Below are positions 1 through 11,993 of a DNA stretch of 64,000 nt, piece by piece. The notes beneath the pieces were generated by a model. The model was given only the letters and a program-made list of their open reading frames with translations. It did no database searches and had not been told where the DNA came from. This DNA is from Zancudomyces culisetae HAW-14-8 (Eukaryota > Fungi > Kickxellomycota): assembly GCA_052426225.1 (NCBI GenBank), contig JBNJNM010000014.1:248001-312000 (forward strand), written 5' to 3'. The stretch's first letter is position 1; each line of letters begins with the position of its first letter. Both the position numbers and the translations under genes were made by a program.

Positions 1-1270
1 CTTGCGAGTGTGACGAGTGGTTTGAGGATGGTGACTGAAATGGTTGCTGAGTGTGTTCAGGAGATACCAGTGCTGGTAGATCGGAAACACCAAACTCGGG
101 AAAATCGACTTTTTTCCGTGGAGTGGATCGTGAAGTTGGTGATGATGTGGGATTGAGGCAGTCCAAAGCAGCAGAAACAAATTCAAACGCACCCTTTGAT
201 AGTTCGTTTGACTTCTTTGAAAAAAAGGTATCCAGAGTGGGCGGGAGGGCATCACCAGAGTTGCCTAGAAAATATCTAAGCGAAATAAGGTATTGAAGCC
301 CCAAATCATCACCAACAATTGATAGTAGGGGATTTGAAAGTGTAGAGCTGTGTTTAGGACCCAGATCAATATGAAGTGTGGTTGTATTATTTCGGTTAGA
401 ATCGTGTTTGCTATTATAGAACTTTGAGAGTGGATCCACAAAAAAGTTGTTGTACATATAGTGGTTTGGGTGTTTGGAGGGAAAATCTATAGATGAAGGA
501 TCCAAAGATCCATCTGGTAGCACTGTGGGTTTGGTACTTGGCCCATCTGCCACTTTCTTGCTTGAAATTGATGCTTTTTGTTTACTATGCTCTGTAAATG
601 AATAATCTTTATAAATCTTGTTGACATGAGGCGTATCAGCAACCAGGGCTTCATTCTTCAGCACGTCAATAGGCTCAGTCGTGTGATCATTGTCCAACAC
701 CCATAGTTTTTGCTTTTCTACTTCCTTTTTTATCAGTTTGCGCCCAAACTCCAGCATTCTTTGTATGTGTTCGTAATATTTACGATTAGGGTGGCTCTGT
801 CTTTTTGAGTTTTTACACATTAACACAAAATCTGCCTTAAACTGCTCGATCTGCTTGTATTTCCCCCTCTCAACCCTTTTTTTCATTATTTCTAAACTGA
901 TAGGGTTTTTGCTGATCTTTGGGTGGTGTTGAGTTTGTTTAGAGCTCATAGGCGTTTGAAACATCGTGTATTCATCCTTTTTATTGAGCTTTCGCAGAAT
1001 CTTCAGCATTGCTTTATTAGTATCCCGCGATTTCTCTACACACTCTTCTCGGTTCTTCGGAGCTTCGTATGTTAGTTTCAGTCTCTTACCACGTGGAGCA
1101 TATCCATTTTGGTTTACATCCATACGTTTCCTTGTGGCAGGAATAGAGTTTGTGAGTTTATTGTAGCTTTCCCTGATATTTTTGCTCAAGGAAAACTCAG
1201 GATATAGCCTCTTCACTGCTGATAGGTTTATTTTTATTTTTATCCCACTACTCTTTTCAGTTACTGCCAT
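1..1270 (-). CDS. BRD7/BRD9-like bromodomain protein, copy A (3' end outside window)
   Basis: Reverse complement of 57003-58272; ATG at 1270-1268. Only point substitutions were seen relative to copy B, no frameshift. The frame is open further upstream, so a 5' exon is likely. Confidence 0.8.
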   Translation of the reverse strand, partial: MAVTEKSSGIKIKINLSAVKRLYPEFSLSKNIRESYNKLTNSIPATRKRMDVNQNGYAPRGKRLKLTYEAPKNREECVEKSRDTNKAMLKILRKLNKKDEYTMFQTPMSSKQTQHHPKISKNPISLEIMKKRVERGKYKQIEQFKADFVLMCKNSKRQSHPNRKYYEHIQRMLEFGRKLIKKEVEKQKLWVLDNDHTTEPIDVLKNEALVADTPHVNKIYKDYSFTEHSKQKASISSKKVADGPSTKPTVLPDGSLDPSSIDFPSKHPNHYMYNNFFVDPLSKFYNSKHDSNRNNTTTLHIDLGPKHSSTLSNPLLSIVGDDLGLQYLISLRYFLGNSGDALPPTLDTFFSKKSNELSKGAFEFVSAALDCLNPTSSPTSRSTPRKKVDFPEFGVSDLPALVSPEHTQQPFQSPSSNHSSHSQ

Positions 1271-2673
1271 ACTGGTTTGATCAAGAGAACTGGGCTCGAT
1301 TGAGTTTCCTAGATTTTCTTGATCTCTTTTTTCAAAGCCCTGTTTACTTCTGAACTTGATTGTTATCCTTTTGACCTTTACTGGCTTCTTGGTTGTCCGT
1401 ACCTCGTTATCGGCTATCCTGGATGGCGTGTTGTTGAGTATCAGATGGCATCCTACTCACATAGTATTACAAAACATTAACAGATCCACAAAGTAGCCTG
1501 AACCGAAAATAGATTATTAGAGTTGATTTCAATATAGCTTGAAAGGAATTAACAAAAACACAAAAAATGGGTGTATAACCCATTTTTCAACGTATCTAGT
1601 ATATCTGTGTTTCATGGAATATTAGTCCAAGTATATGAAAAGCCATACATGGGCCACACAAGAAGTATGTGATAAAAGTGAGTTATTGGCTGCTCACAGT
1701 TTGTTAGACATAATAAAAAGAAAAAAGGAAATATCTTTTTTGTTCATTTAGTCTCATGATCATAAAAGTCCTTAGCCATCATATAACAAAACATAAAGTA
1801 AAACAGTAAGAAATGGATTAATACCAGGCAGCCATACTACCAACCTGGGGTTATGAATTAGCCAATTGAAAAATCCAGCTATTCGATTCCCACAGGTTGG
1901 TACCCATCCCACTCACGAATTCAATTAAATCTGCCTTACAAAGCAATAAACCGCAACAGCAGTCTTTAATAAAGAAAAAAAAGATTTCTGGTTTTACCTT
2001 TCGACTCTTCCACCTCGCCCTTTTCTCCTTTGTCCATATTTTATTTCCTTTTTGCTCGTTTTTTTTTGCGTTGAAGAACCAGTATGAAGTTTTTGGTTTT
2101 TTTAACCACTAAAATCAATCTTTAACAATTGAGCGTTTTTTCTCCTAAAAAATTTTTTTTAGTGAAATCTTTGTCAGAATCAACTCGCTAATAAAAATAT
2201 CAATGGTATATAATATAAGGTGAAATAATAGTGAAAAAGTAGAAATGGCCATATACTCATTTGAATGAACATATATGTGGATGTAAATGATGAGTATACC
2301 TATTTTCAGATAGTTGGCAAGACTGAAAACACATGACCACCTTCCATCTTGAAATGTTGGTATTCATTATATATATCCTGTATTTGAATGAAGAAGCTAG
2401 ATGGATTGTCATACATCTAATGTCCCTAGCAATCTGGTATTAATAAAGTTGATCTACATCAAAATACCCTTCCAATCTATGTAAATACAATCAACTCAAA
2501 ATATTGATCTGAAGCAGGTTTAAAACAAAGTATTGTTAAACAAGCAATTCAAAGGCACCATACGCTTATCAATCATAACCAAAACAGGTGCCAAAACACT
2601 CAAGGAAAGAAAAGACAAGCTCATCCATTTAAAAAAGATGAGAAAAAAAACCGAGAAAAAAGAAAAAAAAGAT

Positions 2674-2745
2674 CTCCGATACGGGGAATCGAACCCCGGC
2701 CGTCTCGGTGAAAGCGAGAAATCCTAGCCACTGGACCATATCGGA
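2674..2745 (-). tRNA. tRNA-Glu(TTC), copy A
   Basis: Cloverleaf: acceptor TCCGATA/TATCGGA+G, anticodon arm TCTCG-CT TTC AC-CGAGA, T arm CGGGG-TTCGATT-CCCCG; followed by oligo-T Pol III terminators. Confidence 0.97.
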
Positions 2746-2754
2746 ATATCAGAA

Positions 2755-2826
2755 CTCTCGGACCGGGAATTGAACCCGGGTCTCCAATGTGACAGACTGG
2801 GATACTGACCACTATACTATCCGAGA
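2755..2826 (-). tRNA. tRNA-Asp(GTC), copy A
   Basis: Acceptor TCTCGGA/TCCGAGA+G, anticodon arm CCAGT-CT GTC AC-ATTGG, T arm CCGGG-TTCAATT-CCCGG. Confidence 0.97.
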
Positions 2827-3991
2827 ATTTTTTTGTTAAGCGTTTTGTATGTATCTGTTTGTAATGTATATATTGAGCAGTTTAGTTTTGTTTTTGATTT
2901 GGTTTTTCTTGATTTTGGGTTAGTTGTTGTGGATTTAGAAGCGTTCAGGTTTAACTCTGTATGTTGGCTTTAATTATTATACTGATAATACCTAAAATAC
3001 TTTTATTTTCATTAGTTGGGGATGGTTCAGAATTGATGATTTAATTGTGGGTTTTTGCTTTATTTAGAGTAGATTGAAAATTGCAAATAAAATTATAAAT
3101 ATCTAGTCTTACTGGCTTTAACTTATTGATTGTGCAACTTTAATTGATACTTTGAACTTTTTGAACCTTAATTGATATTTTTATTTTTATGCAGAAATTG
3201 TCTGTTATCTAACTCTACAGATACTAATTGAAATATTTCATTTCAATATCTTTACTCGTTATGTTTGTATGATAGAGTGTTTGTAATTCCAAGTGTTTTA
3301 TTTAATTAACATGTTTATTATCGCTTGATATTTTTTTAATAGTAGTTAATCTGTTTAACACTTTTGCATATTATTGTTTAGTTTAACTTTATCCATTCAT
3401 TTTTATGGATAAAGTAAAATTGATTAATGCTAGCCACACCAATAACTTAATACTAATATTATAATTAACTATTGTAAGATTAATGTTAAAATTATATATT
3501 TGGTTTTGTGTTAGTATCATTACTTAAGTAAATGATTAAAACAACAAAATGTTTCAATTAAAATAAGTGTTTTGAGTCAGTATTGTTACAATACTAATTC
3601 AAAATCTTTTCATGTCATATTCATGACACTCAGCTAAGTTCGGTATGCGGGAAGTATTAACCGAGGTTAATGCCGAAGACAAAGTAAAAGAGGTACACTT
3701 GAAGAGACATGAAGGAATAAATAATACATTTGAGAGAGTAAAAAGATTGTATACAGGACCAAATTTATTGCAAGTTGTAAAAAGGATTGTGGATAGCTGT
3801 GACCTTTGCCAACGATACAAAGGAAGTGTTACAAGGAAAACAAATCTTATTCCAATACTGGCAAGAAAACCATTTGAAATACTGGGACTAGACGCGGTTG
3901 GTCCAATAAGCCCTATTTATAATAATGGAAACCGATACATACTGTCAGCCGTAGATTACCTGACTAAATGGCTCATCTGTAGAGCAGTAAG

Positions 3992-4769
3992 TGTTATAAA
4001 CAATGAGCTGCTTATAACTGTGGACCGTGGATTTAGTTATGCTTGATTATTATTTTATTAGGAGAAGTAAGTATTTAGAAAAATATAATATTAGATGTGT
4101 TTTAAATATATATTTTTCTCTGATGTATCCCAACGGAATTTCGAAGGGTTTATATAATTTTTCATCAGAGAATTTTACTGTGAAGAAAAACTTAAAGTCA
4201 ATAAATCTTAGCTATAAAATTTGTCTATGTAAAATTGAACTAGTTTAAGTTATCTACTTATCGTGAAACTTGTAATTTTCATTTGTTGATTTTAACATAG
4301 ATATGGTTGATCAATTTTAACATTGATTTAGTATATCAATTTTAACAATGATTTTGTTTATCGATTTTAACAATGATTTTGTTTATCGATTTTAACATAG
4401 TTTTTGTTTATCGATTTTAGCATTGATTTTGTTTATCGATTTTAACATTGATTTTATTTATCAATTTTAGCGTTGATTTTATTTATCAATTTTATCATGG
4501 ATTTGGTTTATCCAATTTTTTTCATGGATTTGATTTATCCAATATTTTCAAGGATTTTTGTTAAATTTAATTATTGGAAAATTTCTTGATTATGCTTAGT
4601 AAATTTTCCCAATAATAATATCAGAAAATTCATGGTGAATTTTGCAAACATGATTCCAATGTCGGAATGGCATATTAGAAAACCGGAAATGAAATAATAA
4701 AATAGGTTAGATTTTTAGTAGGCCAAAATGAACTAAAAATTATGTTCCGGGAATTGGTCATACCTAACA
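3992..4769. mobile_element. Solo LTR (778 bp) inserted into the integrase gene
   Basis: Termini TGTTA...TAACA, flanked by a perfect 5-bp target-site duplication GTAAG (3987-3991, 4770-4774). Removing it restores the integrase frame (RAV-S-NINTETVINFLIYDVV). Confidence 0.9.
4288..4560. repeat. 25-bp minisatellite, about 10-11 degenerate copies, inside the solo LTR
   Basis: Unit GATTTTAACAWTGATTTTGTTTATC repeated head to tail, decaying at both ends. Confidence 0.92.
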
Positions 4770-5594
4770 GTAAGTAATATAAACACTGAAACGGTTATTA
4801 ACTTTTTGATATATGATGTAGTTCAGTATTATGGTGTACCAACACAACTGATAACAGACCGTGGATTTAATTTTCTGAGCGACATCTCAACCGACTTCTA
4901 TAAATTTTTAAATATTCACCACACACCCACTACCGCATACCGACCGCAAACTAACGGTCAGGTAGAACGGTTTAACCAAAATATAAAAAATCTACTATCA
5001 AAACTTTGTCAACATGACAAAGCGAACTGGGATAACTATATTTGGAAGTTGCTGTTAACTTTAAGAACAATTAAAAATCGTAATACAGGCTTTAGTCCAT
5101 CAGAATTACTTTATTGTGTCGAGTTGAACACACCAATATCATGGAAACCAGCTACAGAAGTCGAAGACTTTGAGGAGGCCGTAAAAGAAAGAATAGAACA
5201 TATCAGCGTGGATCTTCCGGATATTCGCCTTACAGGATTTGAATCAATGGTAAAAAACAAGATTTACGAAAAAGGAGTCTATGATAAAACGGTGCGACTG
5301 GCGAGTTTCGGAAATGGGGACAAAGTTTTAAAGCATGTGGAACAAACGAGTTCAAAGTTCGATCCCAAGTGGAAGGGTCCGTACACCATCATACGAGTAC
5401 ACGGAAATGGTACTTATACAATAGCAGACGACCAAAGAAATAGAGACGTTGTAAACGGGGACAGACATAAAAAGTATCATGAGCATAGAAATATGATACC
5501 AGAAATACAAACAGCGCGACTAAGACCAACACTAAGACAATTTCGACAGCCGTCAGTTGCTTTATGGGGCACTCAGAACTAAGGGGGGGGGACC

Positions 5595-5765
5595 TGTCAT
5601 ATGAATTATTGGATATTACAATCTGACTATTCCATTTTTTCCCCTTGTGGTTTTTTGGGAATATGATAGGTTGTAGTTCTAATCGTTATCAATTTGTTTC
5701 TTAATCTATTTTAGTTTTATTTAAATAAGTTTAATTCAGTATTATAAAATTCTTGGTCCTTTACA
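5595..5765 (+). repeat. Putative 3' LTR of the Ty3/Gypsy remnant
   Basis: Begins TG just after the PPT and has a candidate end at ACA (5763-5765). The right boundary is uncertain because no second copy is in the window. Confidence 0.5.
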
Positions 5766-5899
5766 ATATATAAATCTAAACATAATAGATACTAGTATAT
5801 TATTTTGAAATTACCCTTATACAATAACAAGTATAAGAATAGTAAAAATTACAATTAAGCAAAAAGGTTGGTAGTAATAATTCCTACAATACTACACAG

Positions 5900-5981
5900 C
5901 CGAGAATAGCTCAGCGGTAGAGCGGGAGACTGTAGTCACACTGTTATCTCTAGGTCCCTGGTTCAAATCCGGGTTCTCGGA
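5900..5981 (+). tRNA. tRNA-Tyr(GTA) with 10-nt intron (5936-5945)
   Basis: Acceptor CCGAGAA/TTCTCGG+A; anticodon arm GGAGA-CT GTA G[TCACACTGTT]A-TCTCT with the intron at the canonical 37/38 position; T arm CCTGG-TTCAAAT-CCGGG; T-runs downstream. Confidence 0.96.
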
Positions 5982-7207
5982 AATCTTTTGTATTTTTTAA
6001 TACTTTATATTTAATCGCCTTATGCGCAATCATTGAGTTTTAATTTTTTATCAGGTGGGTGAGCCGGTAATATAACGCCTACACACTTTTTGCTAATGAA
6101 TCAATTGCGATTCCTTTTCGATGATAACCACCAATGAATGCATAGCGAGATCAATAATAATATAGCTATATTAATATAGTTTGGATGTCAGAACGATCAG
6201 TGAATATAACGAGCGTGGATAACGAAAATGGACATCTTTAGCCTTTCTCAGCAGAATATACTTTACATACACGTTTTTATATAATATTAATCACAGTTGA
6301 TACTTAATACAATAGAGTTTACCTAGCGTTTTACTATTAATATAACAATAATATATTATATTAAACATTCTAAATATGGCAATCTGAACCAGTGAAGTGA
6401 TCCGAAACCTGGTATAACCGACATAATTAGTGCTATACCAAGCTCAGCCATCTCATTAGCTAAAAAATATATTGGATAAGTAATATCATCTACAATTATT
6501 ACAGCTCTCATTTTAAAATATATATTGATAAACATTAGATATATAAGTTTGGTGGTGAAGCATTTATAATTCAAGGCAGTTACAAATGCAAAAATTGATT
6601 ATTGATTATTATAATATTATGATGAACTTTTTTCTATAAAGTGGAAGAATGCGGAACAAACAAGCTGATATATAGACTAGAAGATGTTTAAGTGAGAACA
6701 GTAGCTTTCTTCCAAGAATAAATTTCGCTTAGTACTAGATATTGGTGTATAAGAAATAACTTTAGTACTTTGTGGTTGACATCGTTACATTATAATGTAA
6801 GTGTGTTTCAAAAGGTATATAACAAAACACGGAGATAGTTTTGCGATTCGAAACCTTGTATAACCAACAAGATAAGTTTGTTATTTATCTCAACTTACTA
6901 GTACGACTGAAAAATAAATATAGTTCAACTTGCTTCCAATAATACTCAACATTTACAAAAACGATATAACAATGCAATGGCAAAGAATTAAGGCAGGGAA
7001 GAAAAAGACTGAAAACTGAAAATATTACCTCGGGTTTGTTATATATAAGCTCAAGTATATTTAACAAAACAACTAAAAGGATGTATATATAAAACTAGAC
7101 ACAATGATTTGCTTTAGTATTCTTCACCCCCTGAATATCACCAAAACCGCGAAACAGAACAAAGAATAAAAAAACTACCAAAAACATCTAGCTCACAAGT
7201 CTTTTCT

Positions 7208-8064
7208 TTATTGGTTGAGTTTCAAGAGGTCAGAGTCACCAGCATCAGTGATTGACAAGCAACCAACGCGGAAGTATTTACCACAGGCAGTTCCCAAATC
7301 AATGTTGTTTCCGTTGTAGTGGTATACATTAGTCTTGGCCAACATAGCGAGATATTCGATTTCTGACTTGCGGAGTGGTGGGCAGTTTCCTGAGATCAAC
7401 ACAAGTTTGGCTATAATTATAATTCATACGCATTTAAATAAATATCGTTTCTCTCTTCAAGTAGATATACAAAGACATTGAGGTTAAAATGATAATAATT
7501 TTCATAAAAAAATATTCCTACATTTTCCTGATCGCAAACTCTTCATTGTTGACTTGAACCCGATGTTATATTTTCCACTCTTCATAACGAGGTTAAGGCG
7601 AGAGTTGATGTTCTCGGTTTGCTTGGTCTATTTTTATCAAATCATTAGTACTTGTTAGAGTTTGCTCTATCTCGGCTTAAAAATACAAAGCTTGTTATTC
7701 TTTAGCACTTTGCTTTACAGAAAACAGACTGAAACACCGTGTGAGAAAAGAACACCACCCGCCTCTGTTAACTTTCATCACACGTTCGCAACTTTCAAGG
7801 TGTTATTAATGTAAAAAGACATATGGTGGGAGACCATATGCAAAATGCTGATTTGAATCGCAATCCCGAAATATGTATTTTCTACAACGTCTTTTGCCAT
7901 AAATACACTCAGAGATATATACGCTCTAGAAAGCTTTTTATGTCGAAACTACGATCTTGAACCCTTGAAATAATGCCTAGTCCGTTGCATTTAACAGCCT
8001 CGGAAAATGATTTGAATTCAGATGAACATAATATGGTAATACTTACGTTCTTCTTTGGTGCCAT
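7208..8064 (-). CDS. RPL30: 60S ribosomal protein L30 (eL30); exons 8064-8047, 7627-7522, 7410-7208
   Basis: Spliced product [90 protein letters not shown]...; GTAAGT..TAG and GTAGGA..TAG introns keep the frame. Confidence 0.96.
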
Positions 8065-8237
8065 CTTCTTAACTGTTTCGGTGTATTATACAATATACTT
8101 TTAAGCTTGATAATAATCTCGCAAGTTGTATTATAAATAACTATAAAGAAAAAAAGCTTTTTATTTATAGGGATCTAATTTATTTAGGCTCTGAATTCAG
8201 AATTGCAAAAAAATTGTTAAAATTTTTTTTTTCCTCC

Positions 8238-8442
8238 TTGAACCTTTAGCCTTTTTTTTAGGAAAAAAAAAATTGAACCACAACTTCCCTGACCTTTCCA
8301 ATTATTTTTTGCAAGGAAATTTTTTTTTTTCATGAACTTTTGACCTTTGCCATTTCAACATATACAACACAATTTACTGTCGTTTTGTTTTTGGGCAAAA
8401 TTTTTTTGTTTTTGGGGTTACTTGACCAAAATCTGAACATTT
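8238..8442. promoter_or_regulatory. Cluster of TGA(A)CY(TT) motifs upstream of RPL30
   Basis: Copies at 8238, 8273, 8290, 8333, 8341, 8422 and 8434, about 170-380 bp upstream of the ATG; function is inferred only. Confidence 0.35.
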
Positions 8443-9752
8443 TAATCCTATTTCTCATTAAAATTTTTTGACAAAGACTTACCCGACACACTTTTTCAAT
8501 TAGTCCATAAACGACAGCCTATAGATTATTTCAATTATAAAATTATCCCTACACTTATTGGCCAGAATTATTTTCAAATCATTGTAGATGAATTCAATTA
8601 TTACTTATTATTGACCAGTAAAGTATAAAGGAAACGATTTCTAGCAAAATCATTGGCATTTAGTTTTTATTTAGTTCAACCAATATAGTTAAAGACAATA
8701 ACTGTTACTAGCAGAAACTTTAAAATGGTAGGTTTTTTTAATCTGATATACTCTACCCCTCCAATTGCAAAAAACTGGCGTTTCGCCCGCCAATTCCTCT
8801 GCACAAAAATAATGACATCTGACTTCCGCCTCGACTCCGTTAGTTCAAATTAATGGTACAAGCAACAAAAATTGGAGAGCCTGATGAGCCCCAATGCTTG
8901 TGTTTATGGATCTAGATATACCTGTTGCTAACAACTTTTATCCCATTTATGCTTACCATTGTTACTAATAGTGGTATTGTCGAATTGATATATGAGTAAC
9001 AAGTAAAATATTGAACTGATTATGAATTGTATTATATATATTAATACAACATTCCAAATATTACGACACTACAGCACTACAAATACTAATGCTAAAAAGC
9101 TGGAGTGTTTCCAATAATAGATACTTGCTCATATATATCTCAATTTGCCATGATATGTAATACAGTTAGCTTTGAACAAGTTGCTGCAGTTGATATTTGA
9201 ATACCAGTTACGTTTCAGAAAATACCAATGATCAAAACTGTGGTAGTGATTAGAAAGTAAATGGGACTATCTAGTCTGGGTGTATTGCCCCGTACTGATA
9301 TATAAAAAGCAAAAAAGTGTGATGTTTAGAAAGTGTATGTCTTTCTTCTATTAAGGAGGAGCAACTAGCACCAGTAACAACAGTTATCCTAATTCCAAGT
9401 TTGTAGTGCTTCTTGGTCCTATTCTTTCTGCTTATTTGCTGGTATGATTTTGGTTGGCTATGAACCTAACAAAATTATTTGCGCTATTTGTGCTTTAATG
9501 TTAACAATCAAAATCCGACATTTGGGTTGGTTAAACTGAATTAAATTCCTGAAACAACTTCTATTAGGCTTGGCTGTTTATATTTATTATTTTTTTTTGA
9601 ATTACGCAACATTGAAAATATTAGAATATCAACAATAGCTTGGACTTGAAGATAGCTAAATTGAAATAAGCAATTCAATAATTCAACTCTACTTTTACAA
9701 TTTTGATAAAACGATAAAACGATAAAAAGAAAAAGAATTTGACAAGCCAAAT

Positions 9753-11036
9753 ATGGAGCAATCTACTGAACACCCAAAGAGTGTGACTAAGAATGGATAC
9801 AGCGGTTTACATAGCGCCGAAGCTCCAGCTGTAAAGGATGTAATAAATGCTGTAGAAGATTCGAACATTCCCAGGAGAAAAATCCTGACCAAGGAGGATT
9901 TGGACGAATTCCAAAAGTCCAAAACTTTTGAGGAACTGGTGGGCTTTATTAAAAAGCTCAACGAATCGGTAGTTGGGCAAAAGAATCCAGCTGAGGGCGA
10001 ATTAATATCAAAGGTAACTTTACTAGTAGTTAAAACCAACAGAGCAAAAAAGAGTAAATATAAACATAAAAAACAGCCGATATGGCAGTACTTATAAATA
10101 TTATAAAAACTATAGAGAATAACCAGGTTGGTATCAATGCTAGAAAAGATTAAACAAATAAACGAACGAGTTAAACCAGTGGACAGCAAAACGCGGTTTG
10201 GGAATGTAGCGTTTAAGGAGTTTTATGACGGGGTCGGAAAAGAAGCAGCTCAGTTGTTGGAGGGAATGGTTCCACAAGACAAGATTGAGGAAGTGGGCAA
10301 ATATCTGAGGGAGAGTTTTGGAAATCGGAAGCGCATAGATTATGGAACGGGCCATGAGCTGAACTTTGTATCGTTTCTGTGCATTCTAGACAAAATACAG
10401 CCATTCGAGGGAGACGGGGAATATAAACAGCTAGTTTTGTGTGTGTTTTACAAATACATTGAAGTGATGCGAGCGTTGCAAGCCAGTTACTGGCTAGAGC
10501 CAGCTGGGTCACACGGAGTTTGGGGATTGGACGACTACCATTTTTTACCGTTTTTGTTTGGGTCGGCACAGTTGCGGACACATAAGCATTTGCGACCAAA
10601 ATCAATTCATAGCCAGGAGATAGTACAGGCCTTTGCGAAGGATTACATGTATTTCGAATGCATCCGATTTATATGTTCAGTGAAGACAGGTAGTTTGCGG
10701 TGGCATTCGCCAATGCTTGATGATATTAGTGGCGTCAAGACGTGGGAAAAAGTCAATTCAGGATTAATAAAAATGTATCTAGCTGAAGTCTTAGGAAAAC
10801 TACCAATTATGCAACATTTTCTATTTGGATCGCTGCTTCCGTTCCAAGGAGGAAGCATGTCTGCTGATTTAGCTGCCCAAGTCGACCAGGACGTCGGAGA
10901 CGATTGCAAAACAGGCCACGTATATGCACTGGGTCAAGAGTTTCCTGTGTGTTGCGGAATCCGAATCCCTAGTGCTTTCTCAGCCGTTGATTCCTCTTCT
11001 GACACACTCGCCAAAGCCATTTTGCCGTTTGACTAG
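9753..11036 (+). CDS. RRD2: Phosphotyrosyl phosphatase activator (PTPA, PP2A activator), Rrd2/Ypa2 type; exons 9753-10013, 10116-11036
   Basis: Motifs RIDYGTGHELNF, YWLEPAGSHGVWGLDDYHFLPFLFGSAQL, HSPMLDDISG and C-terminal CCGIRIPSA...LPFD; phase-0 intron GTAACT..TAG at 10014-10115. Confidence 0.93.
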
Positions 11037-11047
11037 TTCATATTGTT

Positions 11048-11993
<946 letters not shown>

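Larger units (their letters stand above)
1..3047 (-). repeat. Left arm of long inverted segmental duplication (partner 55229-58272); runs off the left window edge
   Basis: The reverse complement of 1-3047 matches 55229-58272 almost base for base (e.g. 1-20 CTTGCGAGTGTGACGAGTGG vs CCACTCGTCACACTCGCAAG ending 58272). Similarity ends at 3047/55229. Paired ORFs in the track (51..296 vs 57977..58222; 2621..2812 vs 55465..55656) are near-identical. Confidence 0.97.
3645..5765 (+). mobile_element. 5'-truncated Ty3/Gypsy LTR retrotransposon remnant (integrase + PPT + putative 3' LTR), interrupted by a nested solo LTR
   Basis: HHCC zinc finger (H-LKR-H...CDLC), catalytic D (GLDAVGP), D-35-E (LITDRG...GQVERFN) and GPY/F motif (PKWKGPY). 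The stop at 5580-5582 is followed by polypurine tract AAGGGGGGGGGA and TGTCA at 5595; candidate LTR end TTACA at 5765. No gag/RT seen upstream. Confidence 0.9.

Noticed and set aside
2533-2812. Short ORFs over the tRNA pair (also 55465-55656)
   Set aside because: Chance translations of tRNA genes and their flanks.
3613-3620. TGTCATAT matching the start of the putative 3' LTR, as a possible 5' end of the element
   Set aside because: Only 8 bp, and the flanks (TTTCA vs ATATA) give no target-site duplication.
4288-4560. CRISPR-like array
   Set aside because: Head-to-tail repeats without spacers, in a eukaryotic context.
6050-7070. Hydrophobic minus-strand ORF fragments (6356-6574, 6885-7067), possibly a decayed membrane-protein gene
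   Set aside because: No recognisable motif, and no consistent exon structure could be built.
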